This document shows, in pieces, positions 44,131 through 57,040 of a stretch of 64,000 nt of DNA (position 1 is the stretch's first letter; every line of letters begins with the position of its first letter). Made by a program: the position numbers and the translations under genes. Origin of the DNA: Eledone cirrhosa (lineage: Eukaryota). The notes beneath the pieces are model-generated. The model was not told where the DNA came from. It was given only the letters and a program-made list of their open reading frames with translations, and did no database searches. The stretch covers positions 376,526,001 to 376,590,000 of the forward strand of contig OZ024740.1 in the NCBI GenBank assembly GCA_964016885.1. The letters are read 5' to 3'.

Positions 44131-45465
44131 GTACACACAGTTCAAGAGTAACCAATCTTAAAGAGATAGATGGAGATAGGCGAGGAGATATGAGAGGAGA
44201 GATTGATGAATTAGTTAGAAGCCAAAGCGTAAAGACATGTGCTCAATGTGCAATATGCAGTAGAAATCAGCTAGGTCGCTGGGTTCATGCAGAAGTTAGG
44301 TGCACAGAGCTGGAAATATTCATTAGATCAACAAAATAAGACCACAAATTTCACAAGGAGGACATTATTAAAAGATTGTCAACATATTTTAGTTTGATGT
44401 AAGGAATGTAGAGAATAATAATAATAATAATATTAATAATAATAATGTCCGTTTACAATTCTTTCGCTAGTCCATATAATATTTCTGGATCAAATGACTA
44501 TATATCATAATTGATCTGGTCCAGTTGAAAATAATTAACATATTTAAAAGACAGAGCGGCTCATCAGAACTTCAAAGGAATATAAATTAAAATAATGAGA
44601 GAATGTTACATAATATAATGTTCCATATATTGGTGTTTTACTATGATTCTTGGTTGCATCAGTTGTCAGCCATAATCAAGCAGTATGCATCTGTCGAGGC
44701 TGCATTGTGCGAGATCTGCCTATGGGTAAAAAGATGACTGCCAAACGACATATTTACCTTACTAATTAGAGGGTGGTTTCAGGGGAAGTAACTCCTCGAG
44801 AGATTAGACATTGTGGGTATTTATAGTTAAGTGCTAATTTTTAAATTTTTTAATTGAGAGACAATGTAGGGGAGATAACTTATAATTATCTAAGTTGTTC
44901 ATAGCAATTTAACTTATTAGCTACACGTAAAAATGGGGCTAGATGACTAAGTTAGGTCAAATATTCTATTGGCGAAGGAATTAGCCCTTCGATGTTGACA
45001 GCTAATAGGTACCTCCGTTCTATCGTTAATCGGTAGAGGTCGTGATAGAGTTATGTAATATGCTTCTGTAATACAGAGATCACAAGATTCTCTTCGTCCA
45101 TTGAACGGTTGGGCCCTAGCCACGATATCCCATTTTAGTGAGTGTTGAACGTTGATTAATTTAAGATTTTTAATGAGCCTAGCTAGCGATGTCGAACATC
45201 TGTTGCTAGGGTCTCGGAAAGAAAAAGAGTAGCGTTATAGCGTACCTTAAAAGGGTTAGAGGTAGACCCGATATAAGAGCTGGTATTCGCAGCAGTTTTA
45301 ACCGTGCACCTATAGACTGTAACAATTGTAAGCGGACATTATTATTATTAATATTATTATTATTATTCTCTACATTCCTTACATCAAACTAAAATATGTT
45401 GACTATCTTTTAATAATGTCTTCCTTGTGAAATCTGTGGTCTTGTTTTGCTTAACTAATGAATAT
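44128..45465 (-). mobile_element. 5'-truncated PLE (GIY-YIG only) with inverted 3'-end copy
   Basis: 44965-45323 encodes VYRCTVKT..SSYIGSTSNPFKVRY...LKWDIVARAQPFNGRRESCDLCITE...SCQHR with a frameshift; arms 44316-44460 and 45324-45465. Confidence 0.88.
44451..44570 (-). ncRNA. HHR with ~90-nt structured stem II insertion
   Basis: gtt CTGATGA gc...(internal hairpin cagatcaattatga/tcatttgatccag)...gc GAAA gaattg TA aac; the inverted copy reads aacaattgta, giving a palindromic stem III. Confidence 0.7.
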
Positions 45466-45591
45466 ATATATATATAGAGAGAGAGAGAAAATTGAGGTTG
45501 GTAATGGCACATGGAATATATAAGAGACAGAATACTTTTTTGTGAAAAAACATATAATTTTATAAGGTAAGGAAATAATAAAGGGTATAAA

Positions 45592-45637
45592 AAATGACCG
45601 GTTTCGATGGGTCTGCAAAAGCCATCTTTTCAAATGT
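45592..45637 (-). ncRNA. Minimal HHR, U3:A8 core (left arm)
   Basis: Reverse complement of 45850-45895. Confidence 0.7.
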
Positions 45638-45849
45638 TGATTAATGTTAAGAAAAATTAATAATAAGAAGAGTTAAAATTTGAGATTTGAAAATTCACTA
45701 CCAGAAAGGCACCCAGCAGTCAACGAGCTGCTAACCGAGCTGCTACCAAGATGAAAACTACTGTGAAATCCCGCAATGAATTTTATACTTGACTTTTCAA
45801 ATCTCAAATTTTAACTCTTCTTATTATTAATTTTTCTTAATATTAATCA

Positions 45850-45895
45850 ACATTTGAAAAGATGGCTTTTGCAGACCCATCGAAACCGGTCATTT
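45850..45895 (+). ncRNA. Minimal HHR, U3:A8 core
   Basis: acat TTGAAAA gatgg cttttgcagac ccatc GAAA ccgg TC attt; palindromic ACCGGT stem III, weak stem I. Confidence 0.7.
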
Positions 45896-46029
45896 TTTAT
45901 ACCCTATAAAATTACCTTATAAAATTATATGTTTTTTCACAAAAAAGTATTCTGTCTCTTATATATTCCATGTGTCATTACCAACCTCAATTTTCTCTAT
46001 AACCTTCGTTTTGTGTAGTAAATTACACT

Positions 46030-46113
<84 letters not shown>

Positions 46114-46285
46114 GTATATATTTGTATGTATATATATATATATAAATATACAAAGATATTAAATATTTAATATCATTGAATATTTACTCCAGGAAACTGT
46201 GGAGTGCTCTAAATCAGTTATACACATTCATATTTTTATTTATATTTGTCGGATTTCTAACTTATTGAATACCCTTCCACTTTTT

Positions 46286-46359
<74 letters not shown>

Positions 46360-46630
46360 CGTATGTACGTGTACATATGCGTATGTGTGTATGTATGTAT
46401 ATTTATATATATAAGTAATTATTTAATTTTATATGTCTGTGGTTGTATGTATTTTTTCTCATGTATATGTGTGTGTGAATGTATTTATATTTTTTTATAT
46501 ATGTATATACACCTATATTTGTGTATATGTACCTATACGTGTGGTTGAGAGTAATATGCGTGTGTATGTGTGTGTATGCATATGAGTATGTATATATGTG
46601 TACTGTATATATATATATATATATATATAT

Positions 46631-47830
46631 AGGTGGAAAAGTAAGAAATCCGAGAACTGACCGTTAATACATGTTTATTTAAAACAGCACCTACGTGCGT
46701 TTCGCCTGGTTGGGCTTCTCAAGGGCATAAATAACCAGAAGTTTTCCTTTCATGGCCTGGAAACTGTTTTGGGGAGTACGTTTACGTCATAGTTCATTCT
46801 TCGTAAAAAAGCGTGTTTTGATTTTGCAGTAGGCCAAGGGAGGTAACTCTGGCCGGTGTTAGGGCAGTCTTTTCCGGACAAATTTTTTATCCGTTACAAG
46901 ATGTGGTTACAACCTTACCATTGTCAATACGCACATGGTCAGGTAATCAACGCTTACTTTGAGACGTTTGTTCGCTGCACCTGCCCGCCTGGGTCATTTG
47001 AAGCTGGGTCTGGGATGCATGGTTAGTTTCCTGGATGTTTTTTGCAGCGCCTTCTCACCGGGGTGTTAAAGCTTGTTGCAGGGAGACCCGCTACATGGTT
47101 TCACTCCTTAACCTTATCCAATCTGAAGAAGGATATTTTTAAGCGATGGGTACAGCTTATCGTCGTTTTTGCTCTGCTGTTGATGAGCTCGTGGGGTGCA
47201 GTTATGATGTGGTAGAGCTCCATGAGGCAAAGATCGCACTTCCTCTTGGAGTAGTACGGTGCAGCCCTGCCGACAATATCCCAGTGCGTGGAGAAGCTGA
47301 TGTTTAAGTCTTTTAATGATGTGATGTATTCCGTGAGCGAAGTGGAGTGTCTTAATTTCTTATTTGTGAAAGAGTGGAGATGTTTTCGAAATCTAATTTT
47401 GAACGGGCCAGGGGTAGCCCCTATATAATGTTTAAACGCTATTGTGGTTAGTTACAGTGCACCTATATATAACTCTATCAGTCAAGCAGTATCTTCTAAG
47501 GGGCAGCCTCCCCTGCCGCGGCAGTTGCAATTTCTGTCACGGTTCCTTCTAATTCCCACGGTGAGGCTATCATTATTGCTATCTACGTTGTTATCTACGC
47601 TCCCGCACCTGTCGTTAGCATTATAACCCACTGTGCGCGGGGTGGTACGATTATTATTCCGCACGTCATGTCCTGCATGTTTTCTAGTCATGTCGCGGTT
47701 ATGGTGGTTGCGTCTATAGAGGCTGTTGCCAGCACTATTGGATGCTGCTAGGGAGTCGTTAAGGCCGATATATTTATTGTCAGGTGTAGGTGCGTTTGTG
47801 CTAGGGTGCTTTGTCTTGCTGATCTTACAA
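46631..47830 (-). mobile_element. 5'-truncated CxCx5C-type PLE (linker + GIY-YIG, frameshifted)
   Basis: RNCNCRGRGGCPL, VIYRCTV, HYIGATPGPFKIRFRKH, HWDIVGRAAPY..KCDLCLME, SCTHR; 3' end at (TA)n. Confidence 0.88.
46687..46726 (-). ncRNA. Minimal HHR, U3:A8 core
   Basis: gccc TTGAGAA gcc caacca ggc GAAA cg ca cg TA ggtgc. Confidence 0.78.
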
Positions 47831-48048
47831 AAAGGTGACGTTGTTGCCTAAATACTGTACGGCGTAATTCGGGCTGTTTGTTTGTTTACAAACAAACCGA
47901 GCATTATAATAAATGTTCGGTAAACCGATACGTGCATATATATATATATGTGTGCATGTATTTATATATATACATATTACTGTACGTTTGTATACATATA
48001 TGTATGTACGTATACATACATACATACTTACATTTAAGTAATATATAC

Positions 48049-48230
<182 letters not shown>

Positions 48231-49059
48231 GTCTTTAATGCATTGAAAATGTACCATGTATTTTAATATATTCGTATTTACGAATATATTCTAATACATG
48301 TTAATATACGAACATTAAAATTCGTAGCAAATCCCCAAATATCTGTATAACGTCAGCTTATTGCATGTAAACAAACGCTAAATGTAAAAGAAACCTGACC
48401 TGTAATACATAAATGTGAATAAATATAAAAATATATGTTAAATGGAAATATACATAATGTATGCCTAATACTTAAATGCAAAACGTTTTATATAAATGCA
48501 CTGACAAGCTAGTGTCAAGCTGCCGAACAAAGTTTAGCAACTGTACTAAAAGCTTATGTTAAAACATATCAAATCCACCGTAGAAAGAATAAAATGCATC
48601 TGTCAATGAAAAATGTTATCTAAACCAAATACAGTAATTTATACTTACATCACTACAATACCTACAAAAAAAATGTCGTTCTACACTTTGGACAATCTTT
48701 AATAAGTTCATCAAACTGTACCATCTTTAGAACACTGGTCCCTTCATTCTGTAGATACAAAGCACTTAGTATTTTGTGGGTGATCATGATTCGCAGGAAA
48801 ACGTTTATGGGTGCTAATTTGCTGAATGATTCATCTCCTGAGCGCCAACTATCATTTCAAATACATTATGAGAACTGCAAACCAACTTTAGAGATATCTG
48901 CAAGCCATTCATCATGGGCTGAACTTGTCTATTGAGAGGGCAGAAAACGTCATTCGGGATAGGTTGCAACATGGACAATTTTTTTCCGTAACTAAACTCA
49001 CAAGGAAAGTTGAGGTATGTTTCTCAGCTTCAGTTTGTATCTCGGAATCAGGTACACTC

Positions 49060-49230
49060 CATAAGTGTTCCATTAATTGGAAAGTTATGAGTTCGAATCC
49101 CAAATCACATGGTGCATTGTGTTCTTAAACAAAACACGTCATTTCACGTTGCCTCAGTTCATTCAACTGTAAAAATGACATGCAACGAAACTGGTGCCAA
49201 GCTGTATCGGTCATTGTCTTTCCCAGTACG
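49060..49230 (+). mobile_element. CORE/V-like SINE relic
   Basis: gagttcgaatccc B-box followed by ttgtgttcttaaacaaaacac...gcctcagttcattcaactgtaaaaatg. Confidence 0.5.
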
Positions 49231-50645
49231 AGGCAGCAGCCTCTTCAACAAGATTTAATTACTGAACAGTAAGGGAGACGGAAGCAGCTGGCTTTTTTCT
49301 GAGTAATAACCAGAAATATTGCTGTTATAATCATACGACTTCGTTCTGTTGTCTTCGAAATTAATATCATCTTTTCAAAAACATTTTAGCAGAGAGCTAG
49401 CCCACGGGGAAGTAAATTAAAACCTTTCTACGAAGCAAAATACCGCACAATGAGTGTTAAATGCTATTAAACTTACCGAAGCGTAGCCGCGCCATATTTA
49501 ATGGCGTATACACCACACACAATATATAATAACTCCACATCATTTCAGCAGGGAATAATAAGAAAGACCGTTACCCTACCAGATACGCAAACATTGCATA
49601 TAAGAGACATGTGGTATTTGTTAGCTAATATAGTACTTACATTTTTAGGATCTGCAACAATGATTCTTAAAACATTTTATCATCAGAACGATTTCCTCTT
49701 CACATATTGTTCGTGGCACGTATGACTGCTTGGCATTTCCAAGATTGCCAAATCATTTCAATGATCCCCAACAGAAATGCACCGAATTGTGCAATATGTT
49801 CCATAATTCCTAAACGAATTTTCAGTGTGCTAAGGTCCTATGATCCATTTTGCTTCCTCTAAGTACCAGGCCCTTCTCAATGAGAAATATTGTCAAATTC
49901 GAAACATGGCACAATATTTCAGTCGGGTATTTCTTATTTTCCTGCACTTGTTTTCCTAACCATCTGTTTACATGGGAAGGTTCTCAAGATAGAAGATTGT
50001 ATGGGCACGTGTAAGTATATATATATATATATTCGCTATAATTTGAAGGCAATGATCCAGTTATTCCACAGATAGAGCACTCTTAGTCCTCAAAACTTGT
50101 ATAAGGAAGACACGAGAAAATTTGCTGCCCTTAATCAAATATATTAAAATAAAGTACCAGTAATACACTGGGATAATTGCTGGCCTTGTGCCAAAAGTAG
50201 AATCAATTATGTTTAAATATTAAATAATAGGCCTCGTTTTGATCAAAGTATAGGACTTCCAATAATCACCCACCACCCACCACCGTCAATGTAAAAATAA
50301 TATAAGTGTAAGTTAAGAGACAGTTCAAACACAGAGAAATTTCAAATCCTTTCAAGAGAAGGTGGGAAGAGAGAGAGAGAAGGGGAGAGAGAGAGATTTA
50401 CCAAATAATTCTTGATTTCCTTTCTTCTACAATTTGTACTAACACAAAAGCAACATCATTTGTCTTCTCTTTCCTTTAATTATGTCTTTATGCCTTATAA
50501 GTTTCCTGTATCACTAACCCCTTGTATTTTGGCGACTTCATTGCTTTGTTTGGGGTAAGAGTAAATTTTAAAAAATGTTGATTATTGCCCCCAAAATAGC
50601 ATCTATGATGTAAGGGGTGAAAAGAATAACACATGCTGAAGAAGT

Positions 50646-51112
50646 AATAATTGTTTCTACTTTTGGCACAAGGCCAGCAACTACCTAGTGTATTACTGGT
50701 ACTTTATTTATCGACCCCGTAAGGATGAAAGGCAAAGTTAACCTTGGCGGGATTTGAACTCAGAATGACAAGGGCAGTAACTCCATGCGTCAAAGCATGG
50801 CGTCCGATACTGCCAAAATAATATTTAGCTTTAATAATAATAAATTCTTATTTTAATAATTCTTTCTGCAATTGGCACAAAGCCAGTAATGTATGGGAAG
50901 GGGAATGCCGATTATATTTGTCCTACGCTCTACCGATTATAATTGTTTCTAGTTTTGGCACATGGCCAGCAATTTGAAGTTGATTACTGGTACTTTATAT
51001 TTTGAACTCGTAATGATGAAAGGCAAAGCTAACCTCCGTGGTATTTGAACTCAGAACCTAAAGGGTTGTACCTATATGCCACAACGCATGTTGTCCGACA
51101 CTCAACCGATAA
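50646..51112 (-). mobile_element. Cluster of 2-3 tRNA-derived SINE copies
   Basis: Reverse-complement copies at 50646-50815 and 50938-51112, plus a partial copy at 50852-50940. Confidence 0.85.
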
Positions 51113-52273
51113 TATTTATAACAGTGTTGTCCACTGACTGAACAAATATATGTTATAAAACTCTCTGTGAATATAGAGAGCGAGGGAAAACATGAGTTTT
51201 GAAAGTCATGTTATTGAAATTCAAGGGGGCAAGAGATAACTATAAAATACCTGTTGAATGAGAGAGATACTAAATGGGGTGGAAAAAATGAAAACGATAC
51301 AAGATGTGACTAAAAATATCGATTACATATGATCTGATATATGTAGGAGACATGACATATATAAGTTGCAATGCAAATATTTCATCAAGATATGTTGTTA
51401 TTTAAAATAGAAAAAAAAACAAAGAGCATAACTTAAGTTTTAAAATAATAAATACACACTTTGTATTAATAATGTTGAATAAATAAAAACATCAAACATA
51501 CATTCATTACTGAACATCGCCATAGCAATATTAGAAATCGTGCTAATAGAAAGATAATTTGCCCCCCCCCCCCCCCCCACTGCCCCGCGCCCTCACCATT
51601 CTCACTCAACGTTAAAACTAATGTAGGTAACAGATTTTTAGCTCTCTTAGCTAGACACTTCCCTATAACTTACAAATAGCCCCCTATCTTTAACAGACAC
51701 AGGGTGAAACTCGGAGACTCCTGTGCTAAGAATATGAAGGCCCACATCATCAACAGCCCGAAGAGCAGCATCCCACTAGGGTGGTTTTGCGGAAAGCCTG
51801 TAGCTTGTCTCTCTTAACCAACATTGTAGCACACCTGCTGTAATTTACGAAGCTGTGGTCACTTCCAACTGACCAAATCAAAAATAAGAGGTCAAATCCT
51901 ATGTAGGTTTGACTATTTTTGCATATACGGATTCGTACTGCCGTTTTTCTTTTCCGTACAGCCTCATTTAACCCGAGCTGATGATCCGTATAAGGTGACG
52001 CAACTAACTGTTGTGGAACTACTACTAGCAAACTCGTCCCATGGACTGAGTGCTCTACTATTACAGATATAACCCACCAGTTTTCTTCTATATATATATA
52101 TATATGTGCGTGTATGTGTGTTGTCTGTATGTGTGTGTGTGTATGTTTATTCATTTATTTTTATACATATACACACATATATATATATATGCACACACAC
52201 ACATATATATATATACCCATACTCATTCAGATATATATATATACATACCTACACACACATATATACAAATATG

Positions 52274-52618
<345 letters not shown>

Positions 52619-52714
52619 ATGTATATATATATTTACATACACATATACATACATATACACACATATACATACACATTCACACACACGCGCACCCCCCCCC
52701 CCACACACACACAT

Positions 52715-53332
52715 ATCTGGTAGAGAATATTAAGAAGCCAGAGAAGATTACGAATGTAAGCGGGAGCTGCTAGAATTGGTTGAGGACGTCCTGAAACTGG
52801 GAGCAAAGATTGAGAATACAGAAGATGATGTGGTCAAGAGGCAGAACAAAGCCAGGGCGGCGTGCCACAGTTTGAGATTTTGTGGAAGTCGGACCTTCGT
52901 AAAGACCTGAAGATCCGACTCTTCGTTGCTGTAGTGGCGTCTGTGCTGCTGTACGGGTCTGAAACTTGGACACCTACCAAGAAACTCATTCAGATGGTGG
53001 ATGGGTGCTACACGAGAATGCTGAAGATGGCTCTGAACATTAATCAGTATACACACAGAGCTATACGGGAGCCTCCCAAAATTCAGCTCCAAAGTAGCAC
53101 AGAGGAGACTGGGTTAGCTGGACATGCTCACCGATTTCCATTTTGACACTGCACTCAGTGCTCCTATGAGAGCCCCTGCGTGGACACACCAGATGAGGGA
53201 GACCGAGGTTGACATATGCTGATGCCCTAAGGGCAGACACTGGTCTGTTGGAGACGCAGGACATAGCAGCAATGATGAGGGACAGAGACCGCTGGAGAGA
53301 ACTCGTCCATGGATCTCGGGATTTTACCCGCC
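52715..53332 (+). mobile_element. RTE-type LINE 3' fragment
   Basis: LWKSDLRKDLKIRLFVAVVASVLLYGSETWTPTKKLIQMVDGCYTRMLKMALNI...LAGHAHR...GRPRLTYADAL..MRDRDRWRE. Confidence 0.85.
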
Positions 53333-53399
53333 CTATATATTTATATGCACGCAAATGCATACATACACATAGGTACATACAGGCATACACACATATACA

Positions 53400-53945
53400 A
53401 GTACGCTTATACAAGTAGAAAAGGCGAGTAGGTAAAGAGTACTTACATAATCTTAATACTCTGAGGCAGACCGAAAAAGGGTGTAGGTTGCAGGTAGGGG
53501 GTGGAGTGCGATAGAGGGGGATATTATGTCGAGTGAGATGCTTTTTGAAACTATCATTCAGGGGGAAGAACAGGTTTGTGGGATGTATACGTTGCATAGT
53601 TTTTGTGCATGCAATTCGGGCACTCTACAGAGAGTTTATTCAGTGTTGGGCCCTTGGCAAATAGTATTTCATAGGTATCTGAAATACAAGTCTCAACACT
53701 TGCGTCCTCCTATGTATGAGAGCACTCTCTGGAGTAATTTCCATTTGAGCGTGAAAGGGGTGGAGTTCCTCTTGAGGTCCCAGACATAGGTGGCAAGTGC
53801 TTTTGGTTGGATTTGTCTGGTTTTCTGAACGAGTGGGTATGGGCATATCACTGGGTATGTATTGATTACCGTATTTACTGTGGTTACCCCCGATTGAACC
53901 AGGTATACACACATATTTGTATACAGCTACGTCGAGGCTAAATTC
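53400..53945 (-). mobile_element. Degenerate PLE GIY-YIG C-terminal fragment
   Basis: ALATYVWDLKRNSTPFTLKWKLLQRVLSYIGGRKC resembles TLSGHIWDLKDNNINYDLTWKLLSRTNSYTGGRRSC of the 24881 ORF. Confidence 0.75.
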
Positions 53946-53989
53946 TATACATACATACACACGCACAACACACACACACACACACACAT

Positions 53990-54066
<77 letters not shown>

Positions 54067-54216
54067 TGTGTGCGTGTGATTATGTGTGTATAAATGTATG
54101 TACATATCCAGGTGTCTCAGTATATGTATATCTGTTTGTATGAAAATGTATCTGTATATATTTTTTTATAAGTGGATAAATGATGTTTTTTGAAATTTTT
54201 TGATAATTTTCAAGAA

Positions 54217-54467
54217 TTATTTCCTGTTAATTATAAGTAAAATAATTGTTTCTACTTTAGGCACGAGGCCATCAAATACTCAGTGCATTACTGGTACTTT
54301 ATTTTTCGACCCCGTAAGGATGAAAGGCAAAGTCAACCTGGGCGGGATTGACTTTGCCTTTCATCCTTACGGGGTCGATAAAATAAAGTACCAGTAATGC
54401 ACTGAGTAATTGCTGGCCTTGTGCCTAAAGTAGAAACAATTATTTTACTTATAATTAACAGGAAATT
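54217..54467. repeat. Palindrome of two SINE 3' halves plus flank
   Basis: Arms 54217-54336 and 54348-54467, 11-nt spacer cctgggcggga. Confidence 0.9.
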
Positions 54468-57040
54468 ATAAGTAAAATAATGTTGTTTTTTTTTACCTTG
54501 ATTTTTTTTACCTTGATTTTTAAAACTAGAAAAATAGCTTTGTGAAAGCGGCGTAACAAACAATAGTTAGTTTTCATATTTTATGCGTTCATCATACCAA
54601 TAAATAGTCTTGAAAGGTCCTCCATCTTTTCTAAGGTACGAGGACGGATATTCGACACATTCTGTTTCTATTTAATGTTGTTTTTATTTTCAACCGATGA
54701 TGGAAAAGTGCAGAAAATACTTATATATAATTGCATATGTATGGATGTTGATTATACGAAATTTCCCCTAACATTATTCGAAGGATGTACAATTTTCTTG
54801 AAATATGAGTAAAGAATTAAAAATGATTTAAAAGCTAATGCTTTAATCTGTATATTTGAATATATTTGCTCTCTCTTTGTGTCTGCATTTACAAAACTAT
54901 CTTCCTAAAAATCCTCTTTCTCTCCAAACTAATATTATATATAAACATATTGAGCAAATTCTAAAACGGTGTTTATATTATATCATATATAATTCTCTAT
55001 ATACGTTTGAGCTTTTTATATATAGGTTTAACTTTGCTATATACATACGCACATACATATATATATATATATATATAGATATAGATAGATATATATAGAT
55101 AGATATAAAATACGTGTCATATGTATATATATGTGTGTGTGTGTGTGTGTGCCCCAGTATCTGTATTTGTATTGCTATTTGGTTATGTCTCATAACTTAG
55201 TAGTTTGACATTTGTAGACCGATAAAATAAGCCCCAGTCTAGAAAAGAGTACCGTGGGTTTGATATGTGTAACGAAAATGCCTTCAGGTAGGTGCACCAG
55301 TATTGCCTCATTTCTCTGAATGGGACAGTAAAAAATAAAACAACACAAAGGCAACATAAATTATGACCCTTCAATATTTTAAAGGTTAAGCTAGGGTGTG
55401 TGTATATATATATATATATATATACTAAGAAGATATTTTTGAAACAAAATATTGGCTTCAAATTTTACCAAAATGTCTCATATTTTGCCAACCAATAGGA
55501 ATTGCTACAAATTCAGGGTAATACCTTCTGATATATAATCGTTCATATATTGTCAGTATAAATATTCAGACAAACCCGGTAATACGGTGGAGGGAAAAGA
55601 TCCTCTGGTTCACATTTTGAAACAGAATTTAGAGACATGGCACAAGAATTTCATAAACACTCATTTTAGTGTCATTCTTTCTGACAGTGTACCAGGGCAT
55701 TTTTCTAGCAAAATTGCTAAGTACTTGTCATCATATTGCAATCCTAATAGTGCTTCCACCCACTAAACGAAAAACAGTTGTAGGTAGAGCCGCGGTGTAG
55801 TAATTAACGTGCTACTTTTTGTGTGTCTTAAAACAGATATTAACCACTGAGGATGTTTCACGTATCGTTTCAGACATAGTATAACTAGAGTCCCATTAAC
55901 TAATCAGTCATTCCTGTTTATAGACAATATCAGACTTTTTAAAGAGAGATTTTCCTGCAGTTTCTTTCAGCTCAAGCAACAGGATCTCATTACGATAATA
56001 ATTAGTAATCATATGACTATTATTTTACCTTTTTGACTGCGCAGAAATCATTGAATTTTATGGCGTGTATTTCTTTAAAGAAATGTTAGTAGGGTAAGTG
56101 GGGGGAAATTACTGCACTTTTATTATATTATTGGCTAAATCAACATTCTATTTTGGATGTGCGTATTTCATTTTAATTCAACTATAATGCAAACTATTCT
56201 AATTTGATTTAATGATTCAAAAATAAATGTATTGCGTTATATATTCTATTTTTCTTCTTGTTATTTAAATATACATCATGACTATTGTAAATGCATTAAA
56301 ATAATATTTCATTCTGTATATGAGTTGATAATTATTTCATAACAAAATGGCGAGTACTATAACAGACAATTAAAAATTATTTTCCCCTCATCGTAATTAC
56401 AATGTTTTGAAAAAACACTCAAAATAGCTCTCATTATAAATATTCGTTGATTTGTCTGTATCTGTTATTATATAAACCATATTTTCATTGATGTCGAAAA
56501 TTATCGATTAATTATAAACGAACTAGCATTGAAACTTTAATTTACTTGAAATAAGAACAAGCATTAATCTTCCAATCCAATAAGGATATAATACAGGTAA
56601 TTAGGCTTCTTTGTTGTTGGTGGTGGTGGTGTTATTATCATTGTCGACGTTGTCATTGTAGTATTTTTCATATTTCAGTTCATTCGATTTCCAACTGAAC
56701 ATTACAAATTCTATAAAATAATTTCTTATCTTTAGGCTAATGTATAATTAATACAATTTTCGGTTTAAAATAATTTTTGCATTTTTCGTAGAATAACAAT
56801 ATTAAGTTACAGAATATGAACAAGATTTCTCACCTGCATGATTGAACATAGGAATTGTGTGAATAAGGCTACTCTTTATATAAAATGTACTCGTCCCTTT
56901 TTTTTCAACAATTATTGTACGTGCATATTATCAAGATTTATCAAAAATCAATAAATTGAATAATTAATAATAATTAATTATTTATATAATTACTATTATA
57001 AAACGTAATATATTTATAATTAATGTTATTATTATTATTA

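Larger units (their letters stand above)
45484..46035. repeat. Fold-back element with ~205-bp arms, each with a U3:A8 HHR
   Basis: Arms 45484-45693 and 45794-45997. Confidence 0.88.
41115..46600. repeat. Long-range inverted repeat (arms ~41115-41545 and ~46141-46600) enclosing nested insertions
   Basis: aaaagtggaaggggtattc...gatattaaatatttaatttctttgtata is reverse-complemented at 46145-46285, and the homology continues through the CA/TA-rich flank. Confidence 0.85.

Noticed and set aside
48795-49020. Plus-strand exon-like segment (cgcag| ... gag|gtatgt)
   Set aside because: All three frames contain stops and I recognise no protein family.
51975-52020. ctgatga tcc gtataa gg tgac gcaa HHR-like motif
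   Set aside because: GAAA is absent and stems I and III do not close; too degenerate to call.
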